Source of the DNA: Amphiscolops sp. MND2022
Lineage: Eukaryota
Length of the DNA: 64,000 nucleotides
Direction of reading: 5' to 3'
NCBI GenBank assembly: GCA_964187785.1
Contig: OZ076420.1
Span: 25,482,001 to 25,546,000 of the forward strand
Below, one piece after another: positions 36,100 to 48,554 of this stretch. Position 1 is the stretch's first letter, and every line of letters starts with the position of its first letter. The translations under genes and the position numbers were made by a program. Below the pieces are notes generated by a model. The model ran no database searches. It saw only the letters and a program-made list of their open reading frames with translations, and was not told the DNA's origin.

Positions 36100-37700
36100 A
36101 ACGCGAAAGTAATTTAAATGTCTGACTAGTATCTGTTTTCGTCAGTGAAGTTGGGGGTGGGGTTAGGACGAAGATTAAAATTTCTTCCCCTAGGGCTTTC
36201 GTTGTCTACCATCACACCATTATTTTCATCATCTAATATTTCGGGCACGATAGTATCTCTCCCTCCTCACGATTGTCGATCGTTAATCTCGTGATCTGTA
36301 CCTTCTGAGCGGGTTTCTTGAAGCGAATCAAAACCATCATTTTCGTGAGGCCCGGTGGTCGTAAGGTCCACATCGGTGAAAATTTCGTCTGGCGCTCTGG
36401 CATCATTTTCACGAAGCCCGGTGGACCTAAGGTCCACGTCGGTGAAAATTTCGTCTAGCGCTCTGGCATCACTGGCGAAATCATTAGCAGTGCCTAGGCC
36501 ATCTCGGCTCGTAGGACTTGTGGCTTCTTCAGTGGAATTTGGAAATTCACCAAAATTGGTTTCCCAAGTGATGACGTAGAGGTCGTCCTGCGGAATTTTA
36601 CTTTCGTCATCCGCTTTTAAATTGTCTTTCGGTCTAATATCTGGTAGGACGGTGTTCGATTCAAATTTACGCAGACTGATACGATGTAAAATCTGCGTTT
36701 TGTTTGAGTTCATTTTTCTGACTATATAATTTTTGTTTGGTAAGACCTTTTCTACAATATAGGGTCCTGTCCATCTGTATTCTCGAAACGGGATTTTGGA
36801 TCCTTGGTGGTCAGCGATAGTTTGTAAAATGAAATAATCGTCGTTTTGTCTCAAAGAGGCTGCTTCGGCCTTTCGGTCGTAGTATTATTTGTATTTCAAG
36901 TAAGATTGCATGATGTTTTTCTTTGTGGAATCAAGTAGTATTTGCGTGCGTCTTTGAAATTCTGCCTGCAAAGTCTGTGGTCCTTCGGATTTGGATTAAG
37001 GACCCATTTGTGAACTAATATATTATAGGGAAGTCGTTCATGAAAAATTCTGGATGGTTCGCAGCCCAGGGCAGCGTGCTAAGTTGTATTGTAGTTTAAT
37101 ACCGCTAAAGGCAATTATTTATGCCAATGCCGCTGGTAGTCCCCTGAGGCCATTTTTAAGGCTAGCGTGTGTGCGTACGAGTTTACCAATAGTTTGTGGG
37201 TGTTTTGTAGTAGCGCATTCCACTTGAATTCCCTAAATTTGAGCAATTTCAGCCACAAATTTGGACGTAAAGGCCGTTCCTTTGTCCGTGATCAAAGTGG
37301 TGGGCAAGTAGGTACGTTTCGTCAATATGTCAAAAATGACCTTAGCCGTGTTTGTGGCTGAAGCATCGGTAACTGGGTATGCAAAAAGATATCGCGAAAA
37401 CACGTCCATTGCGGTTATGATGTTTTCGTATCCTCCGTTGGGGGGTAGGTTTGGTAATAAATCGATTTCCCTTGCGTCTTCTGGACCTAAGTCCCATTCA
37501 GGCAGGTTGAGCAATTCAGGTGTGATGGATGAGTTTGGCATTTTTTGTCTTTTATACAACTTTCGCATCCTTGAACCCATTTTTTAACAATTTTTGCAAT
37601 GCCAGGATAGTAATATTTTTTTTCGAATTTCTATGAGCATTTTGGATATTCCTGGGTGCTTATTGACTTTCCCGTGTAAAGATTCAAGTAATTCTGTGAC
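36100..37700 (-). pseudogene. pol: Integrase (HHCC, DDE core, GPY module)
   Basis: LHGKVNKHPGISKM..CKNC; EIDLLPNLP..ITAMDVFSRYLFAYP; LITDKGTAFTS; TTKHPQTIG; WTGPYIVEKVLPNKNYIVRK. The tail has a 66-bp/22-aa direct repeat at ~36355-36480. Confidence 0.92.
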
Positions 37701-38366
37701 TAGATGTTTCGGTAAGAGCACCTGATTGTATTTAATGGATTCTGTTTCATCGAAATACTGTCTGGTGATGATTTCATCCGTGACAGACAGTCGGTCCATT
37801 TGGCGACAGTAATGCTGGTAGCGGGTATCCTGTACTAGGGTGGTTTCTGAGTAGTTTTCTTTCAATATTTTGAGTCGTAATTGCTGTAAAATGATGACGT
37901 TGTTTTGCTCTACTGCTTTGGAGTTCGTGTAGGATAGTTTCTGAAATGCGGAAAGTTTGTGATAATCACTGTTGTGTATAGTAAATTTTTCGAATGAAAT
38001 GTCCGGTAATTGATTTGTTGAGTGATTTCTAGCTTCCTTCTTTCGTTGTAAGATTTGTTCTTCGATTTCATCGTCATCCTCCGTACAGAAGATTTGTTCC
38101 TCTTCTGACACTCCTGCCGATTGGACGTGTAGTTCAATCGGTGTTGTTGGAATATCTTCTCCAATTCTGAGGGTCAGTTTTCCTTTTGGAGCGATTTCTA
38201 GACGGGACAAGTAGTCAGCGGCAGTGTTGTTTTTGCCTGGGATATGGGCAATTGTGAAGTTGAACTGAATGACATAGTCACATGCATTCCATAGTGTCGG
38301 TGGAAGGAGTTTCGTTTGGAAAAATCGTGTGACGGATTTATTGTCGGTAAGTATAATCACCGGTTT
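37700..38366 (-). pseudogene. pol: RNase H C-terminus and connection region, truncated upstream
   Basis: KPVIILTDNKSVTRFFQ..FNFTIAHIPGKNNTAADYLSRLE. Confidence 0.9.
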
Positions 38367-38369
38367 CAG

Positions 38370-39030
38370 TAATGACGACGCAAGCATGACGCATCTAGGA
38401 GTTTAACTACCTGATTTGGGAACGCAGGACTGAAAAGATATGAATCAACTAAGGATTTTCATGAACAAACCCAATTTTCTAGATACCTAGAATTTTTCAG
38501 GTGAGGAACAAATGATGCTAGGAAGGTATAAATATGTAGAATACTAATATGGAGTTCAGTTAATTGTTAGTTTTTCAACCTGAATACTTTAAACGTAAAA
38601 CAAAAGATTTTTCTTCGAAGAATTCACTATTAGCGAAGCCTTTTTTCTAAAAATGACAACTAGAAGTCAGAAAAAGAAAACAGCAGAGGAAGTAGTCTCT
38701 AGAGACGTAGATACTCCCATAACTGGAAATAATTCTGAGGAAAACCTCATAGCTGGTCCTAGCAAGTCACCCAAAGTACATCTCGAAAATCTGGATGAAA
38801 AAAAAAGACGTCACTTAGGAGAGAGATCATGTCTGATCTCTCCAAAATTCTTGCTGAAAATCAAATGGAGATGCTAAAGTTATTAGCCCCAGTTACAAAA
38901 GCTCCAAATATTCATCCAGAAATAGAAGATCTTGATTCTGATACAGAAGATGTGCCTCCTACTATCACTTCTACACCTGTTAAAAACAAAACGACTGCAC
39001 GTAAAAACACACCGACGATCGGTCGTAACA
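38370..39030 (+). mobile_element. Chimeric LTR: different upstream half, same MTTRSQ ORF and same right flank as 19904 and 28349
   Basis: 38650-39030 matches the other copies and ends CGTAACA|agtagtttgcac. 38370-38645 is unrelated and has a tataaata box. Confidence 0.5.
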
Positions 39031-40420
39031 AGTAGTTTGCACGCTAATGTTTTGTAACGTCCACATACCTGGTGGATCTGTTGGAACTTTTAAAAAATTC
39101 GAAGAAACTGTGCGAAACCTAGCAGGTACCTGAAAATCAATTGAGAAAACGAAGAAGGAAGAAAAACACACACGCGCCACCCGACAACCCGAAATAATAG
39201 AGACGATATTCTGAAGAGGGGGAGAGAGAGAGAGAGAGAGAGTCCTCAGGAGACCCTGTGTTGTGCCATTTAACCAGAGAACGTTCGGAGACGGTTCAGA
39301 AGAGAGATGCAGACTTCTCCGAGAACTCAATGTAAAGCTCGAGTTTTCCAGATGTTTTTGCTGTAGTTTCTCATGGTATTTGTACTTAATTATATGTATT
39401 TGGTGATGTATGATCTAGAAGATCTCGATTTTTGATCTTGTTCCCCTACTTCAAGGTATTTCAGCTAAGTGCCATTTTTGGACCTCGGAAGCATATAGCA
39501 AGTTGCAGGAACCTTAGGATTTGTTTTCACAGGCTTGTGGGCCGTGTCCCGACTTTCAGAGTACCGGCACGTTGCCTCAGAGCTCTAACATAAGAGCCTC
39601 CTTGACGTTTAAAAAGTCCCCTTAGGAGACCTTTTTGGAACAAAAACTAGTGTCTGGCGTTGTAGTAAGACAATGGTCTCCTGTTTAAACAACCTAGGCA
39701 CCGTCCCAGTTCTAGCATGTACGCTGCTAGCTTGACGTTACATTTTTTGCGTTAAAAATTTGCGTTTCGCGTATAAAATGTAAGCTACTTCAAAGACAAA
39801 AGTATCTGTGACATCACATGTTTTTGTGTCTCTCATATCTCAATCTTGTTTCACACATTCATTAAATTCTTGATGGCGGACATTTTTTTCTGATTACTCA
39901 AGCAATATTGTGGCTGCAGACATGCTCCGGAACCGCGTCAATGGCAAGTTCGTATTTTAGTTGTTACATTTGCCCTAATTGCTTTAAAATTGGTTAAATG
40001 GTTCCAAAATTATATGGTTCCACGTATGGATTCATGAAAGACTACAGATACGAAGAAATTTCTTTTCTAGTTGTCTGAACATCAGTTTCTTACGGATCGT
40101 AAAAATTTGGTAATACCAGACGTTTTGTGCAAGATTCTGGAAGGTCCAGAAAATACTTGAATTGAAAAAAAATTATGGAGAATTATGTATGAATATTGGA
40201 AGCAATAAGTTTCTTCCGTGAGAGCCCAGGTTGACCCTCACAGTGTTATTGTAGCAATATCGTAGCAAGATCGTATCAATCATGGAACTCGCATTACATG
40301 ATATCGTACACTACAAAACGCTCGAATTCTAAGATGATCGCTTACAATAAATGATAAAGAGTGGCAATTATTTTCGCAAAAGTTTCGTGGTGACTTCGTC
40401 CAAAACATTACATCTTCCAT
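38650..40420 (+). repeat. Third copy of segment 28570-30058
   Basis: Aligns by eye, with a 346-bp insertion and a deletion near 39990-40010. Confidence 0.9.
39088..39433. mobile_element. 346-bp insertion containing a (GA)n tract
   Basis: Replaces cctgtta between ggaac and gatcttg relative to the copy at ~29005-29020. GA repeat at 39222-39242. Confidence 0.55.
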
Positions 40421-40840
40421 TATAAATAATATTGCTCAAAATATGTGAGCTCACCTGAAGTTTCGGTTCAAACATCGGTACTTGGAGATTACTGGTGTGA
40501 TCAATTTGCCTAGTGAAAAGAAAAAGAAGAGACTTAAAGTCGAAAAAGTTTTTTTGAACTGCTGGCGTGCGTTGGGATACTGGGTTCGAACTAAATCATA
40601 CGTTTCGTAGTACGATTTTACTATGATAATACGATCACGCCAGTCGCAGTACGATCCTACTACGACATCACGCCAATCGTAGTACTAACCGTGGCACAAC
40701 CACGGCTGAGACTTTGGTGTGATAGCATCGCTGTCGTTGTACAATCGTCCAATCGATTGAAGAGTTATCCCGGGAAAGAATTGTCTTGAAAGATATTGTA
40801 AAAATACCTACAATTCACTGGTATCAAATGCCAGTATTTT

Positions 40841-41077
40841 TCAACAGAGGTCAAGTAGTTTATTTCTTTTACCGGAACCATCTTTGACGAATCTGCTCTT
40901 CGTTTGTGACTCAATAGAAAATCCTCCGTGAATTGTTGCCATGTAAAGGAAATAAGACGATAAAACGAACAGTAAAATGGGTGTCCACTTTCTATAAAAT
41001 AACTTCATAGCTATATTGTAACTTGATGAACTGCTGTCGAATTCTCCAACTCTTGAATTTCTTGCTAAAAATCTCAA
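40841..41077 (-). CDS. Short ORF with type II membrane-anchor-like N-terminus
   Basis: MKLFYRKWTPILLFVLSSYFLYMATIHGG: basic tail, hydrophobic stretch, polar stem. No other support. Confidence 0.25.
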   Translation of the reverse strand: MRFLARNSRVGEFDSSSSSYNIAMKLFYRKWTPILLFVLSSYFLYMATIHGGFSIESQTKSRFVKDGSGKRNKLLDLC

Positions 41078-42543
41078 AGAATTTTGTCAAGAACTTCAAG
41101 ATTTTTCGCGGTCCAAGATACTATGAAGAGTTTGAGAGGCTACGGGAATTTGCAGAAAGATATTCGCAAAAGTTGCTGGACAATTTGCACTGGGCGTTAA
41201 AACACTGACAAAAACTTTGATTCCAAACCCTAGTTGAGAATAATGCACATGAATAAAATGCAGGCCTGAAAAAACAGAGAAACCAGGGACTCCACATGGA
41301 AAAATTTGTAAAACTTCCCTGCATCTTGGAAAATCTTGTCAAATTTCTCTGCATCTTGAAAAATCTTGGGAGACCTTCCCTGCATTTTGTAGTAATTTGG
41401 AAAAAGATCCACTAAGCCTTGACAAAAACTTTCCAGCAAAAATGCTGATAAAGACAGGCAATCTTTCATTTTTGAGCTCTCAATCTTGATTCTGCCGAAT
41501 TTCAGTTCTCTCAAAAAATGGCTTCATCTCGCAACCTAATATTATAGCTGAAAAAAAACTGAGATTATGCAAACTCATGCTCAAAGCTTTGTTTATTCGA
41601 AGAAGATCTCGTTAGTCTCTAAACATACTCTCACTTTTTTCAACTCGTGTTAATTCTATAAAACGAATATACGAGAATGGGGGCTGCTGGAAACGAAGAT
41701 AAAGAAATAAAAAGCAACAAGTCAATTTGTTTGGGGTCGGTGAAAGTGAAAGTGTTTCTCTGATCGCAAGGACTTTTTCCACTAATTCGAATCCACAACG
41801 ACCCCTGAACCTTCAAACACTCCCAATAGAACCCCCCCCACAACGCACACAATTTAGCAGTCACCCTCATTACCTCATTAAACTTTTCTATTGAGCAGAG
41901 CAAAACAAAAAAGCAAGCACTTTGATTGTTTGGTGGAATGCTCTCAGCTAGGCGGTTATGTGAACAAATTTTTGAGCGCTTTCTCTGGGGTGAGAATTGA
42001 TGGCAAAGATACGACAGCAAAATCGGGTTTACAATATATCAAATTATATTTTTTGAGCAAAGTATATGTGAGGAAAAAGTGAATGCTAAAATTTTATGAA
42101 TGCTGCTTCAATACCACCACAAACTAACTAAACTCAAACTTGACTTCTAAAACTTTGCCTTAACTTTCTACTCAAATTTGAAAATGAAACAGCTCGATTC
42201 CTCTTTTTTTTCTACAAAATGAAAGTCCTTTGTTTCGGTGCGATACAATTGCTGCATTTCTATAAAACTATTTTAGTCGTTAATCAAGTCAGCGCGAACA
42301 AACTTGACTCGAACTTGAGTTCTAAAACTTTGCGTTCGATTTTTAAAGAAGTAATATCAAAAGCAACGAACCACCAAAATTACGATAATAATAACGTTAA
42401 GAACATTAATGATATTAAAGTGTAACTTGTTTTGAATTTCTGACACAGTTGAAAGACCACACTAAAGATAGAGTAAGTAGCAAGGCCCGTAGTTTTGTGT
42501 TCACAAAATTGATGAATCAAAGGTTCATTTATGCGCTTAATTA

Positions 42544-42759
42544 TGGCTGATTATAGGCAAATTAGCCAATTTTAGATGTCTGTTCTTGCTTAGTTGCTTC
42601 TTTGACTCATCAATTACAGACAAAAACAAGACAATTACAGAGTTGATGTTTTTGTACATGAATGTCCATTTCGTTTGCTAGAACAAATCAAAATTCATTA
42701 TAACGCAACTAAGCAAGAACAGACATCTAAAATTGGCTAATTTGCCGTATAATCAGCCA
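42544..42759. mobile_element. MITE with ~55-bp terminal inverted repeats and TA flanks
   Basis: The reverse complement of 42705-42762 equals 42541-42597 except for one extra base. Flanks TA|TGGCTG...CAGCCA|TA. Confidence 0.8.
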
Positions 42760-43612
42760 TAAACACTTAAACTCAGCCTGTTGTCGGTAGAAAAGCTCAT
42801 CGAAGTCTCAGGTTTTCGATCTTTACGAATCTGTGAAGATCCCTCACGGTGATCTCTCACTTACGTGATACTGCATACCTGATAAAGCACACATTGCAAA
42901 TTCTGGGGTTTTTGACGTAATAAGGTGATTTTGGCATTTCTGGACGTTCTTTTTGTTGCAGTCGTCACTTTGGGTACTTCAGGGGTTTGACTGGGTGTAC
43001 ATCGTTTGTTTCTTATGGCTGCCGCGGGTGGGTCTTCCTTTATGTCTCTTTTTTGTCTTCCAAACTGATTTCGGATCTGCCAGATCTGTCATGTCAAAAT
43101 TCGAATTGTTCAAACTTTTCAAACAGTCACAAGGCTGCTGGGCGTTACATGAATAGCAACCGAATAAAGTACAAAGTGGTGGTGATCTTCCGATAACGTC
43201 CTAAATTCAACTGTAACGATACCAGTAGTGTATGTAACGATACCAGTACTAAAGTATGACGTTGGTGACTGTTATGAAATTTCCTAAATTTTCGAATCCA
43301 CTTTTGGACCTGGAATTCGACCATTCGACCATATTATTGCGTTTTTGCGGTTTTCTCTATTTGCAAAATGAAAAAGTAGAAAGCACATAGTACGTTGAAC
43401 CCTGTACGGTAAAGAGCATCATCGGGAAACACTCACGAAAGACTCCTTTAGCAGGTGATAATCACACGTCAAATGCAGTATATTGAAATATTGACACACT
43501 CTAGCAATATTCACACGACACCAAAAAGAATATTCTAAGAGTGTGTCTACTTTTGTAATTATCATCTTTCGGTACAAGAAACCCCCGCTTCTGTGCTGCG
43601 CGGTTAGCCACA

Positions 43613-44365
43613 TGTAACGACAAGCTCTCACCATTGTCGTCATCTCATCATAGAGAAGGAGGAACCTATGGAATGGGTATTTGCCCGGGACAGGCGCCCA
43701 TAGCCAAAGGCACATTTTGCCTCCTGGGTAAAAGTTGTCCCGTCAGGAGGGGGTGATCGTCTCTTAAGGAGCCCCCGCCAGCGTTGTCCAGTCTTTTATT
43801 GCTAACAATAACGGGCATTTCGCTTTGTCTTCGGAACTACCTCTTAGTTAGCCTTTAAAAACATTCCGAAAGGAAGTATAAATGTAAAATTCGCCATTCA
43901 GGGTGACTTGGGGAATAATATCTAAAATTGCTAAGTAGCCATAAACTCACAACAAAATGCAACAATCTCATCGATAACAATTATTTGGCAATGTCCACAT
44001 TCAGCTCGCAAGCTGGGGCACCACAGGCACATATTCGCGAATTAGACGGAAAGACTAATCTTTACGGTTTTCGCTATTTAAGGTAGCATACTGCTGAAAT
44101 CAAGGTTAGCACCTGTGAAAAAGTCTGTTTTCAGAAGTTTTTTGCAGTCTCTGGCCTCTGTTCTGGCGGCTGCCCCTATGGTTTTGCTCGTTCTTGCTCT
44201 TTGCTGTCGAGTTACCTGCTAAGTTTGCAGAAACAGCGAAAAAAGCAATCACATGCTCAGTGCCACGTCAAAGATCGAATTATATATTTTCAGAATTTTC
44301 TGTACACGTCCAAAGTCTAAATTCTAATATCGACCGGATCTGCTGTACCAGAGAGTGCCGTTATA
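43613..44365 (-). repeat. 3' LTR of element C
   Basis: Direct repeat of 51399-52146; similarity starts at TGTAAC. Confidence 0.85.
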
Positions 44366-45558
44366 TCACTACCCGGACTTTATGCATGACGTCCCGGTTA
44401 TGCGAAGTAGCTGGTGTTGAACACATCCCCATATCATCTTATCAATCAATTGGGAGTTCAAACTGATGATCCTGCAAGAGTACAATGGCACTGTCATCTT
44501 TTGCTGTTTGGGCAACACTGAGATATTTGTTTCTTTCCATCTATCGAGCCTGCGTCGTCTAGTGACTGTTGAAATAGAGGTAGCTCTCGAGCTGGACAAC
44601 AAGTACTCAAAAAATCACCTTCAAACAACTCAAAATCATTATTCTTTATATCAATCTAAGAGCATCATTTGGTTGGAACATGTTTTCTGCAATGAGTTCG
44701 AAAAAGATCTTGCTAGCACTGTGATAGATTTTTGCTCTTAAAACTTCTCTTGGATCCCTGAGGCTCAGTGGTGCGGGTTCATTTCAAAAAAGCTTAGCCA
44801 CATTAGTAAAAACTCAGCATGCAGATTAGTTAAAAGTTGTTTTCAGTAAAACGTCATTTCAGCGGAAAAACCACTTGACCACTTGTTAAAAAGAAAACAA
44901 GGAAGACAATTTTTTGTCAATGATTTGGTTTGGTTTGGGCAACACGCACTGTTGTGTAGCTCCATGCCCGTATTCAGTTCGGTAGCTGCTTTTTGCTTTT
45001 AAGGATCGTATCGTATCACAAGATACAAATTGCTTGTGAGAAATAGCACTGCGGGAAAGGTTGATAAATTCCTGCAATCTAGAAATTTCGAGCTCGTGAG
45101 CTCCAAAGCATGAATTATCCCGTTGAGCATTATCGAGAAACTACTGAATTATTTGAAAATGAGTTTTCAGGACTGGAACTTTAGAGTAAACAAACAAAAA
45201 AATATGAAAAAGCGCCAACTAAAATAACTTGCCAAGGACCACTTTTCTGTCCGATCTTGCACTATTGAGATTTTTTTGATATCAAACTTTACTGATAGCA
45301 TTGAATTATTAAACTAAATAATAACTGAAAAATAGTTTTGATGTGAAGTTCTGGTTGCAACCATCAGAGTCAAGTGAAAATTACATAAACTCAGGAATTC
45401 ATTTCAAGTAGTGACAACTTCCACTTCCCTAGGGTAGTCAACTTGGGCTGTGGAGAACCAGGGTGTCTTCGCTCCAATGGGAATCCCTGGACTTTATTCC
45501 TTGAACACCGGTTTTCAATTATTGTTTTTGCTTTCGATGACATTGAGACTAATTAATC

Positions 45559-48554
45559 TCACAGAGGATAGGTGTTCGGAGGGCGGCCACGCCGATGACT
45601 CTTTGGTCGATTCGGCCATGCTGGTAGAAGGGTTTCTGTGACTAAGCGTGGCAGACGACCACGTCTGTGACCAGTGGGTCGAGTTTTGTTTGAACTGCCA
45701 GGCAATCCTGCTATGAAGAACTGCGGGTCAATGTGATAAAGTTGGTGTAGACCACGTTTGGTAGATGTTACTTTCGATTGACTTGGCAGCAACTGAGAAG
45801 TAGATAATAGGGACTTTGTTCCAAAGAAGTGAGAGTTGTTAGCCAAAGTCAACGAACTCGTCAATGAATAATTGTCGAGGCAAGAACTTGATTTTGAGGA
45901 TACTCTTTCTCCCCTGTTTGCAAAAAACGTGGTCGGCAAGTTTGATTTGATTTTGGAAGAATAAAATAGGTCATCCAATGTTGAACGATAGAGGTGTGAT
46001 CTTGCAATGGAGCATTTAGGATTATCAGTGGTAGGTACTTTGTTGCCTTTCGCACGTAACCATTGCCTTCGAGACTGCGAATGACGTCTATTCAACACAT
46101 GCATATGAAATGGATTGTCAAAGATAGGTTGCAAACTATCGTGATTCAACATTGAATTTTTCTCTGCGTGAAAGGAAACATGCCGTTCGTTCGACCGCAA
46201 TTGAACAAACGTGATGGTCGAAGTTTCGAAGTGAGGAGCCCGCCGAGCTCCCACGTTTGAAACAAAGTAGCGGTTGTTTATGTCGACAGGCATGGCATTG
46301 TGTATTTCAGGGTACATAGCTGCTAGGACGAGACGAATGCTGGAACCTATAATTTCGTAATCGGTGGGGAGCGCCAGAACTTCGGAGCCGGGTGCAGTTT
46401 GCAACTGAAGTTCTTCAGGTATACTCTTTTGTTGAGATAATTGGTCAAGTTACTGATGGCGTCTATGATTGCAAGTCAAATGGAGTCGCCAATGAGACCC
46501 ACAACCATCACAATGCGGTTTTCTTGCGGAAGTTTGTCTAAGCTGCTCGTATTGCAGTTGATGAATGAACCTATCGAGCAACTCGAGCTGGTGAAGTATT
46601 GCTTGCCTATCAAGTTGATTTATGACGGTCAATTGTTGCACGAACTCCACTAACAATTCATCACCTAGGTCAGAGACATCAGCGGCTAGATCTAAACGTT
46701 GTTGTCCTTCTTGAACAATTACCTTGAACTCAGTGATGGCATCATGTGATTGTTTGAGTATCTCCAACCGTAAATTTTTGAGAGATTCAGTAGCTCAGTA
46801 GAGCGTCGAACATGTATCACATGATCATTTCTTCGAGTTCCATGGATACTCGGATTGACTTTATTTGGCAATATTGAGCTCAATTGGGTCTTTGGTGGTT
46901 CACGTGTACCCACATGGTAATATGAGCTTGCGTTTGGCTTCAGAAGTGATAGAACGGCCATTTGTTGGTCATGATAATGTTCCATTTTCGTTTCGTCTAG
47001 ACGAGTTTGTAAACACCGTTCAGGTTTGACACGTGTTTCGTCTAGGTTATTCACAGGGACCATTGTCCTGTCTTGCATAAAAGCCAACATGTCATCAGGC
47101 AGCACATTAGTAATGATAACTTGATTTAGGGTGAATAGATTGCTTTCCATAGGCCAATGTACCTTTGTACCAATGGTGAAGTCTGACTTCTCAGATGGAT
47201 TCTGCTCCGACAATTTCGCTGCTCGTCAATGTTACTTTCACGTTTGGTAAAAAAGGGGAATCTTTTAATGAAAGCCTGACTTTTCGTCCAAAAACTGGTC
47301 ATTTTGACAAAATCACTTTTTTGACTGGAAACATTGACTAATTTATGTGGCAGATAGCATAAGTACTCGAAAAGTGAATACTAGTCAAACATTGACTACT
47401 TTACGCTTTATACACGTTACGGAATTGAGCCAATTGTAGGTTGAAATTCTTGACTGGTTTCCACTTTTCTCTGATTACGCTCAATGACCAAAATCCGCAA
47501 ATTCTGATTACACTGTGCATCAAAATATGCGATAAACACATTGCACTGTTTGACTAGAATACGGTTCGGAAAATACACTTTACACTTGATGATAAACTCC
47601 ACTTTTGCGGCATATGTATCGTAATGTTGACCTTGTTTTCTGCAAAATGAGATTTGTCAAAGTAAGTTTGAGGATCAGGAACGTGCTCAGAAGGGGCACA
47701 GCACAATGCACGCTGCTCGTTGGGCTAGAAAATATTGTTTCTGGGCAAAATGATCCAATCGTCTTGAATTATGTATTGCAAGCACACGGTCAGATTGTTC
47801 GTTGATGTCTCTATTCGGAAAATTTCGGTGTTTTGTGGTTGCTCGAAACTGTTATCTTCACAACTGAGATAATTTTTGGTGCTGGTACTACTTGATAGCA
47901 CAAAAGAACACAAAATTGAGGCCCCAAAGCAATCAAAAAGGTTTAATACTGGAACAGTCCTGCAAAATGCTCTTGGCAAGGAGGTCACTCTTCCCCAAAT
48001 CACGTAATTTTGGTTGATTGTGATCCCTCAGCGTCCTTTTTTGATGTTCAAAACGCTGTGTATGCTTCTAGGGTTTTTTGCAAATTAAAGCCCAGAGTGT
48101 CCTTAAGCATTTAAAAGATTCCGATTTGAGCTTCACAAAAATCAAATATCGATGCTTTATTGTTGTCGAAAACTTATGACCACTGCCGGCATTTTTTTGA
48201 ACCGTAGGATTTGCTTCGTTTGCACCCAGGGAGGCCTACTAAGTCCTTTCTGTTGGAATATGAACGTTTTATGTATGTGCCATCTGTACGGCAGAAGTAT
48301 TTGGGTTTAACAGTGTTCGAATTTTGACAGTTTTCAAGGGATTTCGTTAAAGCGCGTCTCTGCATACAGTCAAACAAAGTTCTAGCTGTTGTAGCTTGCC
48401 ACAATTTGTACAGCACGTTGTCAGACACACAGGATAGAGAATGATTCTCCCGAATTGAATATTCGCCTCCAGAAAGAGTCGAAATAGAGTCTTTTTCAAG
48501 GGTTTTTTGAGTTTTCGGACTTTTTTGAAAAACACTCAAGTGGCTCGTACACAC
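45559..48554 (-). pseudogene. Long decayed coding region of element C, unknown protein
   Basis: Chain of minus-strand ORFs (48174-48554, 47725-48003, 47417-47602, 46719-47213, 46450-46767, 45559-46404), several with peptide matches in element D. Confidence 0.65.

Larger units (their letters stand above)
30059..38366 (-). mobile_element. 5'-truncated Ty3/Gypsy element B (RNase H C-terminus, integrase, antisense accessory genes, 3' LTR end)
   Basis: pol lies on the minus strand at 38366-36100. Similarity to the duplicated flank (40400-40420) stops exactly at tccat|TGTCGCGA (30059), marking the element end. Confidence 0.8.

Noticed and set aside
35097-36579. ORFs 35097-35411 (-), 35393-35890 (-) and 36355-36579 (+)
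   Set aside because: Antisense shadows of the spliced gene or of the integrase tail.
41298-41390. Three imperfect 30-bp repeats (also similar to 52329-52360)
   Set aside because: Ordinary minisatellite-like decay with no further structure.
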